A DNA stretch of 60,124 nt, the filler included, from Hausera hauseri (lineage: Eukaryota): NCBI GenBank assembly GCA_046269625.1. It is 11 parts of 11 records of this genome, joined end to end, with 100 filler letters (N's around TTAATTAATTAA, not from the genome) between each part and the next. Parts side by side here need not be neighbours in the genome. Positions count along the whole stretch, not along the records: positions 23,205 to 27,993 come from JBJURY010435472.1; positions 28,094 to 33,578 come from JBJURY010244738.1; positions 33,679 to 38,553 come from JBJURY010407145.1; 8 more parts are not named here. One strand, given 5' to 3'. The notes below the pieces were generated by a model. The model was given only the letters and a program-made list of their open reading frames with translations, was not told where the DNA came from and did no database searches. A program made the position numbers and the translations under genes. This document shows positions 24,209-37,159 of the stretch, one piece after another (position 1 is the first letter of the stretch; every line of letters starts with the position of its first letter).

Positions 24209-27200
24209 TTATTCCAAATGCCAATATCCGTACGCCCAACTCTTATTTTGCCCCACCCACTCACGCTTATCATCATTGCATGATAAAGCGACTTTTGTAT
24301 TGTTCACCGTATACAGCTGGTGCTCAATCGATTGGGTGATCCTTTGTGTCACATCAGCTTTGATTGTCCTCCTTCTGCTGCTTCTTCATAGATACGGCGA
24401 TAATAACCGTGGTTTATTTCCGACTGAGACAAGTGAACTCCTTTGGCGCGAAATTTCGGTCCACCGTTTGTTAAAACCCTATAACATTTTGGCCGTAGAA
24501 ATAACCATTCCCGATACTGAGCCCGACCTTCACTTTCATTCTTGAAGCAGCCAATTTTGTTTACGATACGGCTGCTGTACAGCGGATGATCCGATGGATA
24601 GTTGAACGTGTCCAATAATCCATCTAACTGCATTCGCTGCAAGTTGCTGTTCGCTATTGACTTTTTTCAGCCGCAGGAAAAAACTGTCTGTGCCACCGAA
24701 AATTATACTAATGTAACAGCCGTCAAACATTTGCCGGTAACGTGCCAAATTGCGATACTGTAGCTCATACATTCGCAGCTTTCTCAGGTTCAATACCACT
24801 TGTCCGATTTAACTTGGCCGGTCCAGAACGACTTCTTCTCTGTTTAACAGCACCGCAACCAATCCATCGGCAATGTGCATTGACCGCCCAAACTGCGCCT
24901 TACTCGTGTACATGACCAACCGCATTTTGCTATTGCATAGACGTACACTAAGTCGCTTTTTCAGATTCTTCATTGTTTTTCCGTAGAGAGAATTGTTTTT
25001 CAGCTTGTAGTAGTCCTTTTCGAACTTTGTACAATCTGTGGCTAGTTTCTCCGAATTTCCATATATGTACGCCTTGAATATTGGAGCCCTACAAAATCGG
25101 ATTGCACGATGCAGCTGTATGACGCGTACATGGAGCTGCATGGAAAACTGTAGCAGACGCCAACGGATCACGTAATTCAGCTTCGGTTCAGGCGTCATGA
25201 GCAGTTTCTTTACTTTTGAGCCTGGCGGACATTGGTTAAATGGTGCGATCGGAAAATTGTCCAAAACGTCATGCAGCTCATTTGGTACCACGAGATCGAC
25301 TTCCATCAGGTGTCTGACTGAGCATTCCATGTCTGCTGGTGGTAGGTTGACCATTATGTCGTCCAGATCTTGTCTGTCTACAACACATTCGAATGAACCG
25401 TATGGCAAGGGTTGCGAAAGCGCCCAGCCGTACAGGTCATTAATATCAATACACAGCAGTGATGTGGTATCGGTAGCACGGACCTGATGCTTGTTGTCAT
25501 ATGTCATGCAGCCGTGAATACCAACATCAAACAGCCGGTACATTTCCAGGTCTTGCAGCAGCTCAATATCTCGATCCAGTGACATTAGAACTGACGCCCA
25601 ACTCATTGCAGGTATGGAATAAAAGTTAAGTGGCTCCAGCCTATCTTCAGCCAATGTTTTCGTTCGAAACACTTGGAACACATCGGTTAATAAGTATTTG
25701 TCGAGTTTAAGATACTGGAGCATGTAATCCAACATGTTTCTACAGCCAAGTTCTGTCAAAAACCTCTGTGAATTTCGGTAATCATCCTCTGAGATACCTC
25801 TCCATCGTCTCGGTAATTCCTCTGCTGTCCGCAATCGCTCATATTATGTTACAAAGTCATATGGAAATATGCTTTTGCTAAGTGCAAAATGTGCGGGGAA
25901 ATGCGTCAGTGCTATCGGAACATCTGGTAAGGAATTTGTCAGCTTTGCCAATGATTCATTGAGAAATTGCAATGAATCAAGGAAGGGTACCTGGAACCGG
26001 TTTATGCGAGCAGACAGTGACAGGTATTTCTCCATCGTAGTCGAAATTATGGATAATTCCCAGTGCGGAAATCCATTTAATGCCCATTTAAATATGGTGA
26101 CAGTCACAAGCCCTGAAGTTATGAAATACCACCGGTAAGAATGGCTACGCACGTCTTGTCAAATTGCATGAATTACATGCTGCTCCGAAATATCGACTAG
26201 TAAAATGATCGTGATCCGGTACGAGCCGTTCCAGTGCATCAAACGGTAATATTTTGTGGCACAAGTAATATTCATCTGTGACTGCAAACGTCAGACTTTC
26301 ATCTTCATCTGTCCACATCAGTGGTTTATTGCTATTTCTACTGTACCAGGGGGGCGATTTCAGTTTCCACTATGGTTTGCAACTTCTGCAAGAAATCGCG
26401 TACACAATTCCATCTGTAAAAAACATAATATTGAGGTTGACCTGCGGCTTTTATTGGGACAACCAACATACCGACGGCGATTGGAACATGTTTTTGGTCA
26501 TGTATGTTGTGCCGTGGTAAGATAGCTTCGATATCGGCATATACTACACATGCACGACTGTCTGTTTTTGATCAATCAGTGAACCTGAGTTTCTGTGTGA
26601 CGGGCATGATATACGTTGTTTTTCCTGACAAATTTTTTTGCACAGAGTGGCATGTTTCGCCAATGTTGTTTCCGACCTGAATCCTAAAAGACATGCAGAA
26701 CACCATTTACACTGTATCCGTTTTTGGAGGAAATAGTCATGCGCCATGTTCAGTAGTCTGTTCAAATTTGTCACTGCAACGAAATGGTACTTTTCTTTTT
26801 GTTCCAGTAGCAAAAAATTTACTGAGCGGCCATTTGGGTTCTGACTACGATAGATTATATCCACATGGGGTTTTTGTACATTTCTTTATCCTCCGGTATT
26901 TCTACGATTGTGTTGTACCGGAACACGTTGATTGCCAGTATCAGATTACGCCGTTCAAAAGCCGGAATGGATTTAAATTTCATCGGAATCCAGCTTCCAT
27001 CGAAATCCAATTCGGAAAAATATTTCTGATACTGTTTTGGACGAGATGCATTGTGTCTGTCCACTTCGTCATATTTCAATACCCCCAGAATACTGTAAAG
27101 AAAACAGTATTAATTGTTAGTATTTTTTACATTAACTACCGCCAGAGACTGCTTCAGGGCTGCAGGTGTCGGTACGAATGATCGTCCAGACAAATATATT

Positions 27201-27719
27201 ATGTCACTCGACTTTGTTATAATAAAGCCGAGAGTGACAATCTTTACAATTCGCCACCCTCTATCCTTCTGCGTGTAGTTGGCGATTTTCTCCTCGAGCA
27301 TTTTGCAAATCTCAGCGATAAAATCCTCGGAGTATGGTACAGAACAATGTGACAAGTACCATTGCTTCCTGTCGCCTTGCACGTTTTTGAATTCTGCAAG
27401 TGCATAATATTGCACTTTGCAGTGGTGGTGTTGGAATTTGTCCACTTCAGAATCCAACCGGTTTCATACAATGGATGGAACATGTCTCAACTGCGTTGTT
27501 GTTGTTTTCGCTGACATGTTTACTATTATATCCACGTACGACTTTTTCAGATTGTACATGACACTAATACATGGTTCCTGCCCCTTTTGTTCTTGTTCCT
27601 GCTGCTCCTTCTGCTGTTTCTGATTTCTGTTGTATTTCAAGTATTCGTCAAGGCTTGTTGATGCCTAACGTTTCCTACGTGTTAAGGGAATAATGTTGCT
27701 GCTGCTTTTTTGCGTCCAT
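24209..27719 (-). pseudogene. Protein-primed family B DNA polymerase polyprotein of a Polinton/adintovirus-like element (TP-like, vOTU-like, zinc finger, EndoVII, exonuclease, polymerase)
   Basis: VVNVKNTNN*YCFLYSIL..KYHFVAVTNLNRLL (vOTU Cys/His), DHDHFTSRYFGAACNSCNL (EndoVII), FLDSLQFLNESL..FPYDF, YLKLD, IDINDLYGWALSQPLP, KLKNNSLYGK, GGTDSF, FLRPKCY..RAKGV and DDKR. Several frameshifts. Confidence 0.95.
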
Positions 27720-28093
27720 TAATATTTGCTTTTTTGCCCTCTTAAACTGGTTTAAGTAGTAATGGTAATGATTATAAAATTGTTCATACTTCATTTGATC
27801 ACAGTAAACAACCGGAACATACATAGGCCCGTTTACTGTGCACCGTCAATGTGCCATATTATTGCTCCATTGCACTATTGCAACCTCCAACGTCATGCAC
27901 TTTAATGGTGCAGTAACGTGGGTATGTGGAGTAATGCACAACATCATTTTCTTGGACCGCGTGAACGGACCGAGATGATGCTTATGCATCTTANNNNNNN
28001 NNNNNNNNNNNNNNNNNNNNNNNNNNNNNNNNNNNNNTTAATTAATTAANNNNNNNNNNNNNNNNNNNNNNNNNNNNNNNNNNNNNNNNNNNN

Positions 28094-28212
28094 TCTTCGT
28101 CTAGATTTTCTTCTCGTCGTCTTTTACATTCTTCCATCCATTTCGTCAGCCATTCCTTTCGATCATCGGCCTTATTTTTACCGAAAGCAAATATGATACT
28201 TTTTTCGTCTTT
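28094..28212 (-). pseudogene. TOP2: DNA topoisomerase II fragment, overlapping the end of the long ORF in another frame
   Basis: KDEKSIIFAFGKNKADDRKEWLTKWMEECKRRREENLDE matches the TOP2 motif DDAAISLAFSKKQIDDRKEWLTNFMEDRRQR. Confidence 0.85.
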
Positions 28213-31200
28213 TTTGTTCTGCTTTCATAAGATAAATCGGAAATGTCAATTGCAAATTCCCGATCACATGATGACCCAGAAGAGTTTATTCGATTATCGT
28301 TACTCGTACCATTAATTGAAAGTTTCATATCCTCGTCTTGCTTTTCAAATTCTTGATTACAATTAATATTCTTTTTCAAATTTTGTCTCTCTTTTACATC
28401 ACACATATCTGCCAAATGAAGCTCATGGCTTATTTCCGAAAGCTTATCAAGTACTTTTGGTATCAGAGATTGACCAAGAGCTTTACGCATTTCAAGGTCA
28501 AATAAATTTTCATCTCTCGTTAACTGGCTTTCAGAAGATATATCAGCATTGCCTACTTCATTTTCGTTGGGGAATAAACTTATTTTTCCTTCAACACTGC
28601 TTGTAAGCTCTAGAGACGTCGGAGTAATTATTTCATCTTTTGACTCTTTTTTTTCGTAATACAAATCCGATACGTTTCTATCAGTATCTGTGTCAAATGG
28701 CACATCAACTGATTTCGATTTATCTTCATCAATTCGTGATTCAGTCTGTTCATAGAAATCCTGTCCGAGGTTTCTATGTATTTGAGAAATAGTTACATCT
28801 TCTTTCATAACTCTTTCCGTATCATAAACTTTATTAGCCATCCGATATTGTTCAGAAGTTTCAAACATCTGAACATGATCTGAAACCCCAGAAATATTGG
28901 TTTCAAGCATACTTTCATGTTTTAGTACCGGGCTTTCCAAAGAAACCTCAGAAGTATCATTATCAGTTTCACTTTTCAAATACCCATCTTCAACGTTTTC
29001 TTTAAGTTCTGCTGAATACAAAAATCTATTATCATCTTTTGTTGCTTTTCTCTTTTTCAATAAATCAAACATATCTCTATCCATTTTATTTTTAGAAATG
29101 TGTGCTGTTTCATCGTCCAAATTGTCATAAAGTTGCGGGGATTTTGGAAAATAATTTAATTCAATTTCAGTATCTATTTCTTCGTTAGAAAGTAAACAAC
29201 GATTCAGGGTTTTAGATTCAAGACGACTTGTGTTCACTGTCTTTTCTAAATCTTTAATTGTGCAAGCTTTGCATTTAACAAGGTCGTCAACATGTTTGGG
29301 TATACTTTCAGTATTTTGAGCATTTAATTTTTCATGAATGTTGCATTCTGATTCGAATACATAACTCTGTTGAGTTTCATTTTCAGTTTCAATATTTATT
29401 CCTTTTCGGATCTTACAAGAATCGGCTAATTGACTAGTATTTGTACTACTATCAATTTCCAGACCGTCGATCTTCGTCTCGCATTTTTTTATTTTTTCGG
29501 GCATCGCACAACTTTCAGCAGCGCTATGTGTATCTATTCTATCCGATGCAATTTCCTCCACTGACATATCATCATTTGTACTTTTGGATTCGCTTTCAAA
29601 CGGACTTGTTTTCATATTATCATCCTTGCTGAATTTTGTGTCTTCACCAGAATCAATAAAATGTCTTTCTTCGTTCTTGAAATTTGCATATTGTTCATTT
29701 TCTAGTAAAGTGCTGTCAACAGTCGATATTTGGCCTTCAGATTGAATCTTTACCCTGCTCTCGTTTGTGTATTCATCAAATTGAGAAGATTTATCAACAT
29801 CATCTTCATTCATATATTTTAAATTATCCTCAATTAGAATTACGTTTTGTAATGATAAGCCATGATCCGTGTGTTTGATTTCATCATTAGAATCTACCTT
29901 TATTGATGAATCATCAATGCAAAATTCAACATGAATGCCACCATATTGAGATTTGATTTCTTCAGAAACATCAAAACCTTTATGTTTTCCCACATTAAAT
30001 CTATTCAAATTGTCTTCAACTTCATCCAAAATATTTAATCCCTTTACAGGATTTTCCATATTTCTGTCAATTGTCATTTTCTGTTTATTTTCCGCATCTG
30101 GGTCAGTTCGCCTTTCCGATGATGCACCAATAACATCTTTATCTTCAATGTAAAAATTATACACACCGGTTGGAAAAATTTCAGATGAATGACTGTGGAA
30201 TTCTCTTTTAATCAAACTTTCTGCTACGTTATTTTCTATTTCGTTATTTATGCTTCTTGACGATTTGTTCGCAGCTGAAAGTTCGTAGGATTTATTAAGT
30301 AGCTCACTTTCGTTATTGACACCATCTTTCAAGGCGCTGTAATCATCGGTACTGGAAAAATTGACGCAGACCTCTTTACCGTGAACAATTAAGAATTTAC
30401 AACTGTCTTTATCCTTATTATCACTGTGAAGTCCATCGGATGTTGCAATACTGTTCAGACTGAGTCTGTCTAAATCCGATTCTTTCAATATTTCCTGTTC
30501 AAATAATTTACTGAGATTTTTATTTCCGGCAGTATTTATCACAGGTAAAAATAATGCATTCCGAACTTCATTTTCGTTTCTGATGTCGGGTAGTTCTTTA
30601 ATTCCCGGTAAAGGTTCAGCTTCGTCGTCGTTTTTCTGTGGTAATTCTTTCGATTCGGAATGATCACTAACGGATAAATCCAATGACAACGATTTGCAAA
30701 AATAAATACTTATATTCGATTCATGATCTCGTGACAGATTTACATTGGATGGGGATTCTGGAGTAATGGCTCTCCCCATGATTTCATCTTTTATTTTTCT
30801 TGAATCATCGACTGGATTACTTCCTTTAACTGTCGTTACAAATTTAGATTCCTGATAATTTATTTCCTCCAATTTTTCCGACATTTTCAAAGGTTTTTCA
30901 TTAATAATAGGTTCATTTATTTCTACTTTATCTTCATCAAACGACAACGAAACTCCACATGAATCTGATGATTTCCCATTATCATTGTCACTTTTATTTT
31001 CTGTTAATGGAATATTCGATTTTTCATTAACAGCTTTGTTCAATTCTACTGTCGAATTCAAAGGGGTTTCGTCGGAACCATTTAAAGTTATAAATTCTTG
31101 TATCGCAACCTTTTCTGAATCTTTGTCTACCGTTAAGGACACACTGAACAAGTTTGTTGGTTTTACATTTTCGGCATGGTTTTCCTTATCCAACTCTAAC

Positions 31201-32889
31201 TGTACATCAACCTGTGATGTTAAAGTGACGTTTTCGGCTCCAACATCAATATTACAAACATTCAGTTTTTCCGATTTTTTCAAATCAATATCAGCCGCCT
31301 GATTCAATACGTTCTGAACAATACTTAGATTTTGTTGATCGATTGATTCATCAGTTGAACCAGACTGTAAAACTTGTAAACTACATGAATTTTTAGATTC
31401 AAACTCGTAATCATCTGGTTTAATATATGATGGACCCATTGTAGAAAACCTGGGTATTGTATCTATTTCGTTCACAAGATTTTCTACAACATTTGGCCTT
31501 TGTAATTGTAAGTTCGATGATACAACAAATGTTCCTTTATTACCTTCAAATTCAACTTCAGTATTTAAAAAGTCCATTTTTAACTCTTTCAAATTTTGCT
31601 CATATGGCGGACTTTCAAACTGTTCTGGAGTTTTATCGGCCATTTTCAGGAAATTTGTTGACTGAACTTGGTCAATTTCGTTCGGAATGTTTCTTCGACG
31701 ATTCTTAATGTTTTCAATAAATGTTTTACAGAAGTCCTGCAACTCTGATTTGTCATTGAAAGTACTGTCAATAATAATATTCCACATCTCGGCATTGTTC
31801 CAGCTTTGATTAATCACCAATTTTTGTTTGTCGAGCGGTACAAAATCGGAAAATTTCGGACAAAATAATTCCGTAAGACAATGCAATAAAATTTTCTTCT
31901 CGATAAAATCTCTTTTGGAATCAAAATTTTCGATTATATAATTCCAAACTGTCAAAAAATTCCCATGACATAAATCTATTAAAAATGACGGAAATTTGAT
32001 GATAGGGACAAGTTTTAACGTAATCTACAATACGTGAAAATATTTCCATTTCATTCATTTTCAACGAAATAAGAGACTTGTACAAATTCTTCAATTTGGT
32101 TAACACGAAACACGATTGAGGACAAACTCCATGATTAAAATTATTAAAAATTGATTGATAAATTTGTTGGAAAGCATCCAATTCCAAGTTGTTCAGAAAA
32201 TATGCGAGAACACAACTGCTATCCTTAGTGCAGTCACTAATTAGGGCAAATAATATAAGATGGACTTTAACATCAATATTGAAATCATTATTTCCAATAT
32301 AATAGGTCAACAATACAACACCTATTTTATGACAATTTGTCTCGAAAAACGATGGCGACATTGACAAATTTAACAAAACTGAACTGAGAACCACAGATAA
32401 ACTCTCCGTATACATCGGATTTGATGACACAATTTTACAGAAAATGAAGCACCATTTTTCAACAGTAGGCGATTCAACATTGAACAATTCACTGAACAAT
32501 TCGTTGCTTCTCTGATTTTCAAAACATAATTCTCTAATTATTTCTTTCAAAACAACTCCAAATTCATTTCCCTGATTGTCGATTGGAATAAACAATGACG
32601 GAATTGATATGTCCAATACATGTCGGTTGAATATGATCATTTCAAATTCACCTTTAATTACAATGAGTATGATTCCCACGTTTCTACTATACAAGTTCAG
32701 TATTTCCTTCTCATTTCTCTTTCCATCTGAATATCGAGAGGAATTCTTTCTCACCAGATTCCCTTCATTATACTTTGAACGGGATTCTCTTGCAAGAGTT
32801 CCACCTGAGATGCCAAATGTTATTCTCAGTGTTTCATCATCATTTCTTTTTAATACTTTACTTTCCTTTCGGTCCATTTTCTTTAACAC
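28146..32889 (-). CDS. Very large unknown protein: helical/hydrophobic N-terminal part (322-aa ORF) plus a 1269-aa acidic, Ser/Asn/Glu/Lys-rich part, probably one gene split by a frameshift or small intron
   Basis: The two long open frames overlap at 31921-31955. No recognisable domain. Confidence 0.7.
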
Positions 32890-33678
32890 AGATAAAATGC
32901 AACTTTAACGCGGATAAAAGACAACTTTCTATTCAAATTTTGAGAATATCGATTCAACACGATTTCTAATTATGTATTTGGTCTTTTCATTCACAATTTC
33001 CTTATTGAAAACGTTTTAAACAAATAACAAAAACTCATATAAAGTTCACAAAATAAAGGAAACTTTACACAATTTACATGAGAAAAGTCATCTCGCTTTA
33101 TAATTCCTAGCTACGATTTATTTTTCGTCGATTTGATAGTCACAAGCCATGCATGTTCTGATAACGTTTGTTCCATAAGTCTATAGAATTTGTTATTATT
33201 AGAATTATCGTTGTTTGGCCGAAATCGTGATCTACACCGCGATACACCATGGTCAGCCGTCTCAGCCCTCACCTTTGATTTTAGTTAATTATTTTTGGTC
33301 TATACAATCACCTTAAAATTCAGTGAAACACCTGAATTTATGGATTCTCGAATATTTGACTTGTAAACCGATAATCGAACTTCTGACGTCATAATCGGAC
33401 TCCCCATACATGTTTTCCTATCTACCTACGTTTAAAGATTTATCGATTCTTGCACACCTCACCTTGAAAATCAAGTTAATTAAAGCGCGCACACATTTGT
33501 ACATTTTTCAATGTTAATTTACTCTTTAAGGATTTATCGAACATGGTCCATTTTATGCAAGGTTTTCACAGATGCGTANNNNNNNNNNNNNNNNNNNNNN
33601 NNNNNNNNNNNNNNNNNNNNNNTTAATTAATTAANNNNNNNNNNNNNNNNNNNNNNNNNNNNNNNNNNNNNNNNNNNN

Positions 33679-34587
33679 CTATAAAAAGCCATATCTTTGT
33701 TGTCCCTTTCCCTTTAATAAACAGTATCAAATATATTATCAAACTATGGTTAATGGTTATATGTGGTCAACATTGTCAAATGGACCAGAGATAATGAAAA
33801 GGTCCCTAATAGTACCAGCAACAATGGTGTCAATGAAAACAACGTCATTTACTTCAAGATACAAACAAAAAATAATAACTAGTTTATCCGTTGAGACTCA
33901 GTCAAAAATTGCTAAAGAATTAGATATAATCATACACCCAACAGTATATTCGCTGATTGTTACCATATCAGATGTAAAAAATACGAATATAAAATTCGAG
34001 TGTTTCCTTCACAACAGGATGATAAGTGAAGGAGTGATTACATGAGAAAAACCAACATCGGCCTGTATGTTCTTAAAGGCTGATACAAATTATAAAGTCA
34101 TTATAACAGAATTGGATAAAGATGAACAAAATCTACAAATAATCTATCGTATGAGAAAAACATCGAAACAGGCCATTATGACTACTACGAAAGCTATAAA
34201 AATAACAACTACACAAAATTATCAAAGTAATTCAAATATGTATCTGTGTATAACGATCTTATTATATATACTTTTAGTATTAGTAGTCTATTGTTACCCT
34301 TAATAATTTATTACTCCAAAATAAGGTGGCGACAACGCAGAACAAAAGAAATATTGAGTCAATTAAATATGTTAAGAAAGGATTCCCAAGAGTCGTTAAC
34401 CAATATAAGTGCGCCTTTTGTTAAAAGTCCAAGGTATGTCAAAAGATTTGCCGACCAAAAACGACAACCCCGACCGCTTAAGGACATAACCGTTTGTCTG
34501 TATACAAAAATTCGAAATCATCTCGCAAAATTCGTAGCGACCTACTTAAGAAATAGACAATCAAAATACGATAATTTTCCTTTTTAA
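33679..34587 (+). pseudogene. Frameshifted putative type I membrane protein (ectodomain, Thr-rich stalk, TM helix, basic tail)
   Basis: Three consecutive plus-strand ORF pieces: MTTTKAIKITTTQ stalk, hydrophobic YLCITILLYILLVLVV / LLLPLIIYY, then SKIRWRQRR. Confidence 0.5.
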
Positions 34588-34924
34588 AGCCTCTTGGCTA
34601 ATATTAATACCTTTTCTTTTAGTCCAAGAAGGTAGAGAAAAGGCCGAAAGATCCTATTCCTTCTACAACCATATCTTATCTAATCTTTGGACCAATTCCT
34701 ATAAAGATTATTATTATTATTGAAAGGCCTCTTATATTCCCAATAATTTAAAAGGGTACTCAGTCAATCAGAGAAGTAGTCTTATAATCAAATTACGACT
34801 CAATTCAATAAATCTTTCAGATCTAATCGATACTTGTAGGTAAACACATAAAATATATATTTCAGTAGCAAAAGGAACCATACAGTTGAAAAGTAAATCA
34901 TACTCTAAAGGAATCATCGACACA

Positions 34925-36628
34925 ATGGAAATCCTAAACCGAATAATAATCCGTTTAGACCCACGATTATATACTAACGCTACTCTAACCCTGCGAACAT
35001 GTGAAGAACCATTCCCAATAATCTACGTAGAAGTAATTAAGAAGGATTTAGTGCCACGTTGAGATTACCAGATTCTGAAATACACTACTCCAAGACCTAA
35101 AGAAATTGATGTGGAAAAAGGAATGACATTCGCAAGAAGACCCACAAAATCAAAAACTGATATAATAATTATGGTTGTGAATCCCATATATCTGTTTACT
35201 CCAATTAGAAACAAAGAAATGATAACAATAGAAATTACCTTAATGGAAGGTAAGATAATCGTGGATGGAATTCTGTCCCAGAGAAAAAATAGACAATAAT
35301 AACAGCCATATAACAAAGCTAAAAGAGAAAGACATCATTGGACAAAAGGATTCCTACCATAAAGAACTCTATATAAGAGAAGAAATTGTTGGAAAAGTAG
35401 TCGTTGGCATCGACCTTTATCATATTTTTGCAAATATCTTCAGATATGATTATAACAATCTGCTTGGAATTAGAGAATTTTTGTATCATAAAAAAATTAA
35501 TCCCCAACGAGAATACTCAGCTAAGCAAATTTTTACCAAATACAATGGTAATATTTACCCTCAAAGGGAAAGAGATAAGGCTCCAACAGTATTAAACATT
35601 TGTAATTCCATCTCAGAATATACAAACGAATGTTTCGAAACCCCAATAGATATACAAGAGTCCTCTGAATCCCAACTTATAACTCCTCATCAACCACAAA
35701 TTCGACAAATGTCTACGTGTTTAGAACCCTCTCAATTAACATCAACTCCCATATCCGGAGATTGTTATATTGATCTGAAACCATTAATAGTTGCCAGTTT
35801 CCCAGAATATATTTCCGTGGATCTGACGACGAAAAGGAAGAGGAGACTTTCAAAGACAGAAACTATCACTCTAAAAAACGTATTAAAAAGAAAGGACAAT
35901 GGTTTCATATTAAATCTGTCGATTGTCAAGATTCTAAAGGAATCATAGCATCATCTAAGGATGGAGATGTGCAATCAAAGCCATCAAAGTCAGACTAATA
36001 TGACACTAAACCGACAGATTTTGTATTAATTTGTCAGATAAATTCAAAGAAAATCAAGAATTGATTGATGGCACTCAGTTTAGACAAGAGCTTTCTATGT
36101 TGTTGTCACCAACAATTAGCCATCAACAATTTGCTAATCTATTGGACTTGTTGTTGATCTATACTGCTGGTACAAGCCCATATCAGAATGTCGTACGATA
36201 CATAATTTATCGGTATGCCGACAGAGTAAGAATGGTTTGAGAAGATCCTGAAGTGATTGTTACTCTACAACATTATAACCAAGATTTTTATGTCCTAAGG
36301 ATTGGAGTTACGCCTTTATGGACGCACTCTGATGGAATATGAAACTATATATGAAGTAGGTATGTGGGTAAACAGATACAATCCCGTATGTATTGCTTAT
36401 AGACAGCCTGAACAAAAAATAATCGACGAAATTATAACTGATGTAAGACGGAAGGCAACACAAGAAGCTGAACATCAACATCAGGCTCAAGAAGTAGAAG
36501 CTGTAATGAATATTTCTATATCAGAACAAATGTAAACGGATAAGAGAAATCGTTGTAGACCAAAAGGAACGACGAAACTTTACCAATTAAAAGGCAGAAA
36601 GGCCAGAAATGATGAGTGTGTCCGAAGA
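34925..36628 (+). pseudogene. Decayed N-terminal part of a virus-like polyprotein, function unknown
   Basis: A chain of plus-strand ORF pieces from the ATG at 34925, separated by single stops or frameshifts and running into the Bcl-2-like/env segment. Confidence 0.5.
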
Positions 36629-36661
36629 TTGCTAACAACAGAAGTTAAATACGACGTAGAT

Positions 36662-37063
36662 AATGCATCGTTAACAACATTACTACAAACTTTGTTAGCA
36701 AGAATGCACAATGCATTCATTGAGTTTAATGCTAATCTACAAATACCAGATTCACCAATGCAAATTAAAAGGAATGAAATCGCAAAGATTAGTGAACAAT
36801 TTGCAGATATTTCTACGGATGAGAGGATAAATGGAATCCAGGAAAGAAACATACTGTGTAGAATAATGGGAACCGGCATATCCCGAAATAAAATTGTAAC
36901 AACAACATCTTATTTCTTGTATAAAATAATAGTGATGAATGGAATCAATCCAAGTCAAGAAGAGATAGAGAGGAATATGGAAATTGCCACTATAACGTTA
37001 AAAGCTAATGTCGACGAATGGGTAAAATGTAGAGGTGGATGGATTACTAGTTTAATTCAGACG
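36662..37063 (+). pseudogene. Bcl-2-like domain within the polyprotein
   Basis: BH3-like IKRNEIAKISEQF, BH1-like IMGTGISRNKIVTTTSYFL and BH2-like NVDEWVKCRGGWITSL (W-x4-GGW). BH1-to-BH2 spacing is 43 aa versus 42 in Bcl-xL. Confidence 0.6.
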
Positions 37064-37159
37064 ACAATAGGCAAATATGCAGCAGTCAAGAAACGACAGA
37101 CAGAATATTTCCCACTTCAACAATCAGCGAGACAACGAATTATACAGCCTAAGCTTGAT

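Noticed and set aside
28897-32969. Plus-strand ORFs opposite the long gene, and similar short antisense ORFs opposite pol genes
   Set aside because: These are antisense shadows of long coding frames with no independent motifs.
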